Assembly (NCBI GenBank): GCA_035648735.1
Contig: DASRKX010000061.1
Span: 528-64,527, forward strand
Length of the DNA: 64,000 nt
Reading direction: 5' to 3'
DNA from: Stellaceae bacterium
GTDB lineage: Bacteria; Pseudomonadota; Alphaproteobacteria; ATCC43930; CGMCC-115725
The notes under the pieces are model-generated. The model saw only the letters and a program-made list of their open reading frames with translations, was not told where the DNA came from and did not search any database. The position numbers and the translations under genes were made by a program. Positions within the stretch are counted from its first letter, which is position 1. Each line of letters begins with the position of its first letter. This document shows positions 55,506 to 63,663 of this stretch, piece after piece.

Positions 55506-56528
55506 TTATCGCAATTTCAACGCTTGGAGCAGCCGGTCGGCGGAATGGGGCACGCCTGTCCATGCCGCGCGTAGCCATCGCAGTAAAGGGGGCCGGTTCG
55601 CGAGATCCTCGACAGCTTCGATATCGTTCGATTGAACCGCGCCCGTTTCGCGGATCAGATTCAGACCCAAAGAGTCAAAACCTGCTGACAAGCAGGCCAG
55701 TCCCAGGCGATACATTGAATCGCGGTCGAGCGTGTTGCGATCCGGATCGAGGATGAAAATGGCGTCGCCCGCATAGCGCAAGCGTCGATCGTTCCGCCCC
55801 CGGATATTCGTCGGTTTCCAGCTATAGGGAAAATGGTCGAAATTGATGGCGATTAAGCGATAGCCCAGCTCGTCGAGGAAAACCTGCTGGTGGCCGAGCG
55901 TCACGCGATGCTCGTAAAACGGCAACAGGAGGAATTCGGTAAAGATCAAGAGAGGCTTTTTGGCTTCGAGCAGGCCGCGAGCGCCCTTGAGAACTTCCAG
56001 CTCGCCGCCCTCGACATCGAGCTTCAGAATGTCGACGGTCTCGCCGTTCTCACGCCAAAGCTCGTCGAGCGTGATGCAGTCGACCTCGACGGTGTCGACG
56101 ACGCGCTGCACGCGGTCGTAATAGTTCTGATCACGGTCTTCCTCGCGCCACATGTTGCCGGTCATGCGCTCACTCGCGGGCCCCATCAATGTGACTGCGC
56201 CGGGACCCTGAGTAAGGTAGAGCGTACGTCGGCCCGCCTTGCTCCACAGCGCCTGAGGATAATATTTCTTCTCGCGATAGGATGGCTCGACCAACCCGGC
56301 CGCGCGCGCGTCGGTACGGCCGCTGACCAACTTGTCATATTCCGCCCGGTTGGGCTCGAAGCCGGTGAGGCGCGCGCGCGCGGCGTAGCTTCGCGGCAGC
56401 ATAAAGCTGCCGTTGCGCGCGCCGACGTCGACGAAATTCAGCGTCGTGCCGGCGCGGTCGAGATGCCCGAACACGATATCGGCGACGTTCCGGCCGTCCC
56501 GCAAGGCGCGATCGATCAACGCGCTCAT
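55506..56528 (-). CDS. FkbM-family methyltransferase
   Basis: Trimmed to ATG 56528 (ATGA overlap). FVDVGARNGSFML, TGFEPNRAEYDKLV, ILKLDVEGGELEVLKGAR. Confidence 0.8.
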   Translation of the reverse strand: MSALIDRALRDGRNVADIVFGHLDRAGTTLNFVDVGARNGSFMLPRSYAARARLTGFEPNRAEYDKLVSGRTDARAAGLVEPSYREKKYYPQALWSKAGRRTLYLTQGPGAVTLMGPASERMTGNMWREEDRDQNYYDRVQRVVDTVEVDCITLDELWRENGETVDILKLDVEGGELEVLKGARGLLEAKKPLLIFTEFLLLPFYEHRVTLGHQQVFLDELGYRLIAINFDHFPYSWKPTNIRGRNDRRLRYAGDAIFILDPDRNTLDRDSMYRLGLACLSAGFDSLGLNLIRETGAVQSNDIEAVEDLANRPPLLRWLRAAWTGVPHSADRLLQALKLR

Positions 56529-57823
56529 GCCACGGATTCCGCCAGGACGGGATGGGCTGCGTGCGCGACGCCGATGCGATCGAGAATCTGCGCGACGACC
56601 GGCCGCGCGGTGAATTTCTCGCGGAAGGTGGCGTAGCCGGCCTCGCCAAGCCGCTTTCGCAGAGCGGCGTCCCGGGCCACCAAGGCAACCATGCCGGCGA
56701 TCTCGGCTGCGGAATCGCCGAGCAGACAATTCTCGCCGCTCACCATCTCGGGCATCGACAGCGCCGCGTCGCGATGCGCGACGATGCAACCGCCGAGCGA
56801 CCAGGCGTGCAGATAGCGCGTATGGCCCACCTTGAAGCGGCTCGCATTGTTGAGGCACAGGAAAACGGGTGCCGCCATCAACTCACCGTCGATATCGTCG
56901 ACGAAGCCGCGCAGCCGGAATTCGGATGTGCGCAAAAGGCCTGCAACCGCCGGATGCGGCGTGCCGGCGCCGAAGACATGGATTTCGAACCGCCGGCTTC
57001 CCATCGCGTGGCGCAGCTCCGGCAGCACGTCGCGGCCGAGGATTTCGAGGCCGTGCGTATTGGCCGTGGCGCCCAATTGCCCGAGATTGCCGACGATGAC
57101 GAAGGGGTCGGTGCGCTCGCGTTGACGCGGTTCGAGCCAATGCCTGCCGAAGCGATCGATCCACAGATTGCGAACATAGAAGGCGTTCGGGTGACCGTGG
57201 TCGCGGTAATAGGCGGCATCGTTCGCCGCCACGTCGCCGAGATAGTCGAAGCGCCGCATGATGCCGAGATGGGCGTGCTCGAGCCGTCCGAGCGCGATCC
57301 GTTCGCGCGCATAGGCCAGAAACGAGCCGCCATGCTCGCGCGCGAATTCTGCCCGCGCCAGCCCGGCCTTGGGATCGGGATTGCCGTAATAGGCGAATTT
57401 CTTCACCGGCAGATCGGCGAAGAGCGCGGTGCCGCGCTCACTCCACGGGATGAAGACCATGTCGGGCCGGAATACCATGGCCGCCGCGTTCGCGGCAGAA
57501 CGATGCCGCGCCTCGGGATAGAAATCGGCCTCTTGCGGTGCGAGCCAGCGCGTCAGACGCGGGCGCAGGCTTGGCGGAGACGCATAAACGAAGGGCGGAA
57601 GGAATTCGACGCCGAGCGCGGCAAGCTCCCGCTTGCCCTTTTCCTCGATCTCGGTCGGCGCTTCGGAAGCGGCAGCGCTCAATTTCAAGAAGCCGATCTT
57701 CAGATCAGACTGGCGTGCCAACTCGGCGACGAGCTCGTAGACCACGACATTGGCGGCACGCACGCTGTGCGCCGAATGCGGCCATAGCGGATTGACCACC
57801 AGGATGCGGCGCAACGCGCTCAC
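56525..57823 (-). CDS. GT-B fold glycosyltransferase (GT4-like)
   Basis: GTG 57823 (GTGA overlap). RILVVNPLWPHSAHSVRAANVVVYEL. C-terminal HTRYLHAWSLGGCIVAH. Confidence 0.75.
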   Translation of the reverse strand: MSALRRILVVNPLWPHSAHSVRAANVVVYELVAELARQSDLKIGFLKLSAAASEAPTEIEEKGKRELAALGVEFLPPFVYASPPSLRPRLTRWLAPQEADFYPEARHRSAANAAAMVFRPDMVFIPWSERGTALFADLPVKKFAYYGNPDPKAGLARAEFAREHGGSFLAYARERIALGRLEHAHLGIMRRFDYLGDVAANDAAYYRDHGHPNAFYVRNLWIDRFGRHWLEPRQRERTDPFVIVGNLGQLGATANTHGLEILGRDVLPELRHAMGSRRFEIHVFGAGTPHPAVAGLLRTSEFRLRGFVDDIDGELMAAPVFLCLNNASRFKVGHTRYLHAWSLGGCIVAHRDAALSMPEMVSGENCLLGDSAAEIAGMVALVARDAALRKRLGEAGYATFREKFTARPVVAQILDRIGVAHAAHPVLAESVA

Positions 57824-58860
57824 CGTGCTTTCGCTCTCGGCATCGCGGTCGAACGCGCCTGCGCGCGGATATCGTCGAGCACATGGTCGATCCGTGCGGC
57901 GACGGTAAGGTCCGGCTTAACCGGCGTACCGGCACGAGCGCCGTCGACGAAGCGGCGCATCAGCGACTGCACCGCAGCGAGCCGGTTGTCGCCCGCGGCA
58001 GCGCGTTCCTCATGGAGCAGCTCGGCGGCCGCGCCCAACGCCTGCCGAGTCAGGCGGAATCCGGCGACATAATCTGCGCTCGCATTTTCGAGCACGGCTG
58101 TCGCCGCCTCCCCTTCGACGGTCCAGCGATGAATCGAAGCCCCTGCGTCGGAATTCGACAGCAACGCTTCGATCGCGAAGCCGCCGGCCGCCCGCAGCGA
58201 CAGCCGAACCGTATCCTCGGCCGAGATGGCGCCCGGAGGCGCGAAACCGACCGTGGTGTCGTTCGACGATTCGACCGAGACGATCTCGATCGGTCCTAAC
58301 AGCCATTCCACGAGAAAGACCATATGCGAGCCGAGCATGCTCAGCACGCCGCCGCCATTGCGCGCATCAGTCTTCCAGCTCCATTGCCGGTTGCGCTGCG
58401 CATAGGATTGGGCCGTCCAAGTGACATGAACGGAATGAATCTTTCCAAGCTCGCCCGCGCGCAGTAGGGCGCGCAGACATTTGAAGGTTTCGAGCTCGGC
58501 GAACATGAAATCGACGGCCGTCGTTATTCCCGACGCGGCAGCGGCGAGCTTCGCGGTCGTGGTACCGGCCGGCGAGACCGGTTTCTCGCTCAGCACCGGC
58601 AAGCGGCGCGCCAGCGCCAACGCCAGCGCTTCGCCATTGGCGGCCGACGGCAGAGCGGTCGTGACGGCGTCGAGATCGTCCCGTGCCAGAAGTTCGCGGT
58701 AGCCGCCGCAGGCGTTGGCGATGCCGAGCCGCGCAGCGGCAGCGGCGGCGTGCTCGGCCGTCGAACCGGCGATAGCGACGACCTCCACGTTGGGACACGC
58801 GCGCAAGGCCGGAACGTGAACGTGCGCGCCGAAACCGAGACCGATCACGCCGACCCGCAT
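57820..58860 (-). CDS. Gfo/Idh/MocA-family oxidoreductase
   Basis: MRVGVIGLGFGAHVHVPAL, LPVLSEKPV. Confidence 0.85.
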   Translation of the reverse strand: MRVGVIGLGFGAHVHVPALRACPNVEVVAIAGSTAEHAAAAAARLGIANACGGYRELLARDDLDAVTTALPSAANGEALALALARRLPVLSEKPVSPAGTTTAKLAAAASGITTAVDFMFAELETFKCLRALLRAGELGKIHSVHVTWTAQSYAQRNRQWSWKTDARNGGGVLSMLGSHMVFLVEWLLGPIEIVSVESSNDTTVGFAPPGAISAEDTVRLSLRAAGGFAIEALLSNSDAGASIHRWTVEGEAATAVLENASADYVAGFRLTRQALGAAAELLHEERAAAGDNRLAAVQSLMRRFVDGARAGTPVKPDLTVAARIDHVLDDIRAQARSTAMPRAKAR

Positions 58861-58867
58861 GAGATGC

Positions 58868-60121
58868 TCAAACCACTCGCGGCTCGGGCAACGGGACGAT
58901 GAACCGCCCCGTGAAGCCCTTGCGGCGGAGGATCGGGATTAGCTCGTCGGCGATGTGCCAGGACAACAACAGCGCGTATTCGGGCTGATCCTCGAACAGT
59001 TTTTTCTCGTCGAGCACCGGAATGCGGGTGCCCGGCACGTATTTGCCGAGCTTGTGCGACGAAGATACCTCGAGCACGCAATCGAGGATGCCGTCGTCCA
59101 GCCCGACATAGTTGATGAGCGTGGAGGCGCGCGACGGCGCGCCGATGCCATAGATGCGGGCGCCCTCGCGCTTGATCTTGTCCAGCAACGCCATCAGCCC
59201 GAGCTTCGAGGCGGCGACCCGCTTGCGAAACGTCGCCAGGGCGGAACCGTCGGTGATGCCGGCCTTGTCTTCGGCCGCGAATTGCTCGGCGACGCTCGCA
59301 TCGACGGGGCGCTTGCCCTTGTGCGCGGCATAGACCCGGATCGAGCCGCCATGCGTCGGAATGCGCTTGACGCGAAAAATTTCAAGATCGTGGCGGCTCA
59401 GCAGATGGCGCAGCGCACCCAAGTGATAGTAGCGAAGATGCTCGTGATAAACGGTGTCGTATTGCAGCGTCTCGACCAGCGGCAGGAGGTAGTGCGATTC
59501 CGATACAAAGATGCCGTCCGCGTCGAGCAAATCAGTGATCGCATCGACCACGGCGTGCGGCTCGGCAATGTGTGCGAAAACGTTGGCGGCCGTGATGATC
59601 CGCGCCTTGCCATGGGTCTTCAGCACCTTGGCCGTCGTCGCGCGCGAGAAATACGCCGTCAGGGTTTCGAGGCCGCGCTCGCGCGCGACGGCGCCGGCCT
59701 GGGACGGCTCGATGCCGAGCACCCGGTGCCCGCCTTGCTTGAAGTTCTCCAGCAGCGTGCCGTCGTTCGAGCCGATATCGACGATGAGGCTGTCGGCGGC
59801 CAACGGGATGATGCCGGCGGTCTCTCGATAGAGATCGGCGAAATTCTCGCGCAGGATCCGCGTCGTGCCGCTCAGATAAGGATAGCTATAGGGAAACAGG
59901 ATCTCGGCCGAAACCTCGAGCCCGATCTGGACATGGCCGCAACCGGCACAGCGCAGCATCTCTAGCGGATAGGCGGGCTGTTCGACCGCGACGCTGCCGA
60001 TCTCGGGCATGGTGTTGACCGGCGGGATATAGCCCAAGAACAGCACCGAGTTCAGCTTCTCGGCGCCGCAAATCTGGCAGCGCCGGATCGGCGTCGCATG
60101 AAGCTCTTTGTTAGTCGCCAT
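58868..60121 (-). CDS. NDP-hexose C-methyltransferase family protein, paralogue 3
   Basis: 417 aa after trimming to ATG 60121. CQICGA...CAGCGHVQIG, VDIGSNDGTLL, NVFAHI, YHEHLRYYH. Confidence 0.85.
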   Translation of the reverse strand: MATNKELHATPIRRCQICGAEKLNSVLFLGYIPPVNTMPEIGSVAVEQPAYPLEMLRCAGCGHVQIGLEVSAEILFPYSYPYLSGTTRILRENFADLYRETAGIIPLAADSLIVDIGSNDGTLLENFKQGGHRVLGIEPSQAGAVARERGLETLTAYFSRATTAKVLKTHGKARIITAANVFAHIAEPHAVVDAITDLLDADGIFVSESHYLLPLVETLQYDTVYHEHLRYYHLGALRHLLSRHDLEIFRVKRIPTHGGSIRVYAAHKGKRPVDASVAEQFAAEDKAGITDGSALATFRKRVAASKLGLMALLDKIKREGARIYGIGAPSRASTLINYVGLDDGILDCVLEVSSSHKLGKYVPGTRIPVLDEKKLFEDQPEYALLLSWHIADELIPILRRKGFTGRFIVPLPEPRVV

Positions 60122-60135
60122 GGAATTTCTTTCGC

Positions 60136-61116
60136 TCAAGCCGCCGGCGCCCGTTCGGCGTTCTCGGCGTACCAGCGGACGACGTCCGGCAATCCCTGCG
60201 CCAGGCTTATCTTGGGCGCATAGCCGAGCGTGCGCAGCCGCGCGATGTCGGGACAACGGCGGTCGGTCCCGCCTGCAGGCGCTTCGCTCGGCCGCAGATT
60301 TGCCGTGCAGCCGAAGATCGCAACGACTTGGCGGGCGAGATCGCCGATGCCTACCTCTTCATCGGTGCCGATATTGTAGATCGTCAAATGCCTGCCGTTC
60401 TCGACGACGCGCAAGAGGCCGTCGGTGAAATCGTCGATATGCACGAAGGCGCGGGTCTGCAAGCCGGTCCCCTGGATGGCGAAATCGACTGCCTGCCCCT
60501 TGCGTCCACTTGTCGCCGCCGCGGCGCGTAGCGCGAATTGCGGAATGACATGTTCCCACCCCATGTCGGCGCCATAGACATTGTGCGGCCGGAAGACGAC
60601 GACGCGCTGAAAGCCCGTGCGACCATAGTTCAAGGCGATCAGCTCGCTGATCAGCTTGCCGCCGCCGTAGGAATAGCGGGGATTGAAAACATTGGGCACG
60701 ACGAGCGGCACGGCTTCCGGCGTCGGCACCACATTCGGCGTCTGATAGACCTCGGAGCTCGAGGCAATCACCAGATCGCCGACGCCGTTGGCGCGGCAGC
60801 CGTCGATCACCGAGAGAATGCCGCGCACCGCGACATCGAGCACGGATTCCGGCTTCTGATAGAAGAACTCAGTGCCATTGATGGCGGCCATGTGCACGAC
60901 GCAATCAACGCCCTTGATCGCTTTAGTCACGGCATCGACATTGCGGATATCGCCTTCGATCAATTCGACCTTGCCCGCGCAGGCGGCCAGACGATGCGTC
61001 GCACCGCGCGAATTGTCGTCGAGCACGCGCACCGCATGGCCGGCGGCGACCAGCCGGCGGACGAGCGCCGAGCCGAGAAAGCCGGTGCCGCCGGTGACGA
61101 GATAGCGCCGCGTCAC
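60136..61116 (-). CDS. NAD-dependent epimerase/dehydratase (extended SDR)
   Basis: YLVTGGTGFLGSAL, ASSSEVY, YGGGK. GTGA overlap with the upstream gene. Confidence 0.85.
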   Translation of the reverse strand: MTRRYLVTGGTGFLGSALVRRLVAAGHAVRVLDDNSRGATHRLAACAGKVELIEGDIRNVDAVTKAIKGVDCVVHMAAINGTEFFYQKPESVLDVAVRGILSVIDGCRANGVGDLVIASSSEVYQTPNVVPTPEAVPLVVPNVFNPRYSYGGGKLISELIALNYGRTGFQRVVVFRPHNVYGADMGWEHVIPQFALRAAAATSGRKGQAVDFAIQGTGLQTRAFVHIDDFTDGLLRVVENGRHLTIYNIGTDEEVGIGDLARQVVAIFGCTANLRPSEAPAGGTDRRCPDIARLRTLGYAPKISLAQGLPDVVRWYAENAERAPAA

Positions 61117-62483
61117 GAGGCGACTTTTCTTTCCGTCGCGCTGCGGCCGAGCTCGCCGAGGCCGGTGTAGATGACACCCGTGGGCAATTCGACGTTGGCC
61201 GCGCCGAAATTGTTCCAGAAATCGAAGATCACGCCGGGCCGCGCCATGCTCTCCGCCAGCGCTGATAGCGGCATCTTCTCGAAGCAGGGATGATTATTGG
61301 CGATGACGACCAGGTTTGCGCCGGCAAAGGCGGCGTCGATGGATTCGACCGGGTCGAGCTTGAAGGTGTCGTGAATGGTTTTCGCGGTCACGATCGCGTC
61401 GAAACCGCGGAACCGCGCCGACGGAAAGGTTTCGCGCAGCGCGGCGAGGATCGGTTTGGCCATGGTGCCGCGCAGGTCGTCGGTTTCGGGTCGCCCCTTG
61501 AACGCCACGCCGGCCAGCGTGACGATGGGAGTCGCCGGAAAATTTGTCGACTGCTCGCAGAATTCCTTCAACCGCGAAACGATTTCGCCCGGCTGGCGCT
61601 CGTTCGTCCGCCGCGCCGACATGATGATCTCCGGCGAAATGCCGAAGCGCTTGAGGCCGTTGGCCAGGATATACGAATCCTTTTCCAGGCACGGGCCGCC
61701 GACTGGGCCCGGCATCGGCAGATTGGTGCGCGCATAGCCGAGCTTGCCGGCGCGGATGACTTCAACCGCGGAAACGCCGATCGCATCGGCGATCCGTGCG
61801 ACCTCGTTGGAAAGGCCGAAATGAACGTCGCGCTGAGAATTGTCGATCAACTTGATGAGCTCGGCCGTCTCCAGGCTTGAAACCTGCACCACCGTCGGCG
61901 TGAGGAAGCTGAAAATCTGTGCCGCGCGGATCCGCGAATCCCGGTCGTGACCACCGACGATCTGCGGCAGCTCGCGCAACTCCTGAAGCGCCTGGCCCTC
62001 CAGCGTCCGCTCCGGACAGAAGACGAGATCGTAGGTCCGCCCCGTGCGGTCGAGAATCGGCTTGACGATGGCGCGGGTGGTGCCGAGCTCGACCGTCGAG
62101 CGCATCACCACCATGTCCCCGTCCTTGAGATGGCGCGCGATCTCGCTAACAACGTTGTTCATCATGTCGACCCGGACATGACCAGCCTCATCGAGCGGCG
62201 TGCCGACAGTGACGACGAAAACCGTCACCTGCGCGTTTTCGGGGATGTGCTGCGTCGCCGAAAACCGGCCGGATTTGGTGACACGGCTCAAGCGCCCGTC
62301 AAGACCTGGTTCGTGGAAATGCGCCTTGCACTGGGCGAGACCGCTCACGACCTCCGGACGGATCTCGACGCCGTGCACGCGGAATCCCACATCGGCCATG
62401 ACCACGCCGAGCGTGAGGCCGACATATCCCAGCCCCATGACGCAGACTTCGCGGTCGCGGAAGCTGTCGGGAAATGCGCTCAT
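61113..62483 (-). CDS. Nucleotide-sugar dehydrogenase (UDP-glucose/GDP-mannose dehydrogenase family)
   Basis: Trimmed to ATG 62483 (ATGA overlap). VCVMGLGYVGLTLG, FCPERTLEG, GGPCLEKD (catalytic Cys). Confidence 0.9.
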   Translation of the reverse strand: MSAFPDSFRDREVCVMGLGYVGLTLGVVMADVGFRVHGVEIRPEVVSGLAQCKAHFHEPGLDGRLSRVTKSGRFSATQHIPENAQVTVFVVTVGTPLDEAGHVRVDMMNNVVSEIARHLKDGDMVVMRSTVELGTTRAIVKPILDRTGRTYDLVFCPERTLEGQALQELRELPQIVGGHDRDSRIRAAQIFSFLTPTVVQVSSLETAELIKLIDNSQRDVHFGLSNEVARIADAIGVSAVEVIRAGKLGYARTNLPMPGPVGGPCLEKDSYILANGLKRFGISPEIIMSARRTNERQPGEIVSRLKEFCEQSTNFPATPIVTLAGVAFKGRPETDDLRGTMAKPILAALRETFPSARFRGFDAIVTAKTIHDTFKLDPVESIDAAFAGANLVVIANNHPCFEKMPLSALAESMARPGVIFDFWNNFGAANVELPTGVIYTGLGELGRSATERKVAS

Positions 62484-63082
62484 GCGCGTGCCTTTGCATG
62501 CGGCCACGGCATCGGACCGAAAGCCGGGACCGCGCCGCGCAGAATCGCGAGGCCGAGCGCGGCTATATGCATTGCGTGATTGAAGCGTCCATCGGCGATC
62601 AACCGCGGAGCCTCAGCCACCGGCACCAGAACCCGCGCGACCTCGGATTCCGCGGTGAAGTTGGGCACCGGCACGAGATCGCGTGCAACGAAGGCCCAGA
62701 AGCGGTTCTCCAGCCGTCCGGTATCGGGATAGAAGCAGCCGAGCGCAATTGGCGATGACGCCGGGCGGAATCCGGTCTCCTCGGCAAGCTCGCGCACCGC
62801 GCAATCCAGCGGCGCCTCGTCCGCGCCGAGCATTCCGGCGGGCAGTTCCAGCGTGACCGCATCGACCGCCGGCCGGTATTGGCGGACGCAGACGAGATCG
62901 TTCTTCGGCGTCACCGCGACGATGCAGACGTAATCGGTTTGGGCAAATGAATGAAACACGGCGTCGTCCGCGCCATCGGTGGCGACAGTGCGTTCCACGA
63001 GACGCACCCAGGGCGACAGCGCGTGCTCGGCGCGCTTGACGGTCCGGCGTCCCATTGTGGGAGTGTTTTGCAATTTTTCCAT
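62480..63082 (-). CDS. NUDIX hydrolase
   Basis: Trimmed to ATG 63082. Complete Nudix box GMLGADEAPLDCAVRELAEETGF (Gx5Ex7REUxEExGU). Confidence 0.8.
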   Translation of the reverse strand: MEKLQNTPTMGRRTVKRAEHALSPWVRLVERTVATDGADDAVFHSFAQTDYVCIVAVTPKNDLVCVRQYRPAVDAVTLELPAGMLGADEAPLDCAVRELAEETGFRPASSPIALGCFYPDTGRLENRFWAFVARDLVPVPNFTAESEVARVLVPVAEAPRLIADGRFNHAMHIAALGLAILRGAVPAFGPMPWPHAKARA

Positions 63083-63091
63083 GCTACCGCA
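63080..63091 (-). promoter_or_regulatory. ops-like element (candidate RfaH recruitment/pause site)
   Basis: The minus strand reads TGCGGTAGCATG, versus E. coli ops GGCGGTAGCGTG. That is a 10/12 match, with the contiguous G2-C9 core plus T11 and G12 conserved. It overlaps the ATG of the first operon gene and lies 72-83 nt after the NusG-paralogue stop. Confidence 0.35.
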
Positions 63092-63162
63092 CTCCGGGTG
63101 ACTCGCTTCTTTCCGGAGCAACTGAAGTTGGATGGCACGGCCGCCGCTTTGCGGCCGGTCTG

Positions 63163-63663
63163 TTACGCCGCGGCGACCGCCGTGACGGGTACGACGGCCC
63201 GCACCGCGCGGCCGAGAAGTGAGAACAGCAGCACCACGCGGTGCGCGTCGTGCATTTCCTGGAAGAGGCCGTCGCAATCGGCGAACGGCCCCTCGAGCAG
63301 GCGCACCGCTTGGCCACGCGCGAACGCCGGCGGCGACAGCTTGACCGCGCCGGTCTCGTCCTGCCGCGCCATGATTTCATCGATAATCGTATCCGACACG
63401 CGGCGCGGCAGATCCCCGTCCGTCAGGATGTAGCGCACGCCGACGGTGCCGTTGATCGAGCGCCAGCGAGTCTCGGCCGGGTCGAGGCGGACGAAGAGAT
63501 AACTCGGGAACAGCGGCCGCAGCACGGTGGCGAGGCGGCGGGCGTGCCGCACGCGCCGCTGATAGCGCGGCAGGTAGGGCGTGAAACCCTGAAAGCGAAG
63601 ATGCCGCATCGCCTTTTCCTCGGCGCGCGGCTGCGTCTGCACGACGAACCAAGCGGCGCCCAT
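63163..63663 (-). CDS. NusG-family transcription antiterminator paralogue (RfaH-like)
   Basis: 166 aa. NGN-like WFVVQTQPRAEEKAMRHLRFQGFTPYLP...LFPSYLFVRLD. KOW-like FARGQAVRLLEGPFADCDGLF. Located in a polysaccharide locus rather than a secE-nusG-rplK context. Confidence 0.8.
   Translation of the reverse strand: MGAAWFVVQTQPRAEEKAMRHLRFQGFTPYLPRYQRRVRHARRLATVLRPLFPSYLFVRLDPAETRWRSINGTVGVRYILTDGDLPRRVSDTIIDEIMARQDETGAVKLSPPAFARGQAVRLLEGPFADCDGLFQEMHDAHRVVLLFSLLGRAVRAVVPVTAVAAA

Noticed and set aside
63138-63157. 7-bp GC hairpin (CGGCCGC-N6-GCGGCCG) between the NusG paralogue and the first operon gene, considered as an intrinsic terminator.
   Set aside because: No U-tract follows it on the transcribed strand, so I cannot call it a terminator. 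It is mentioned only as context for the ops-like element.
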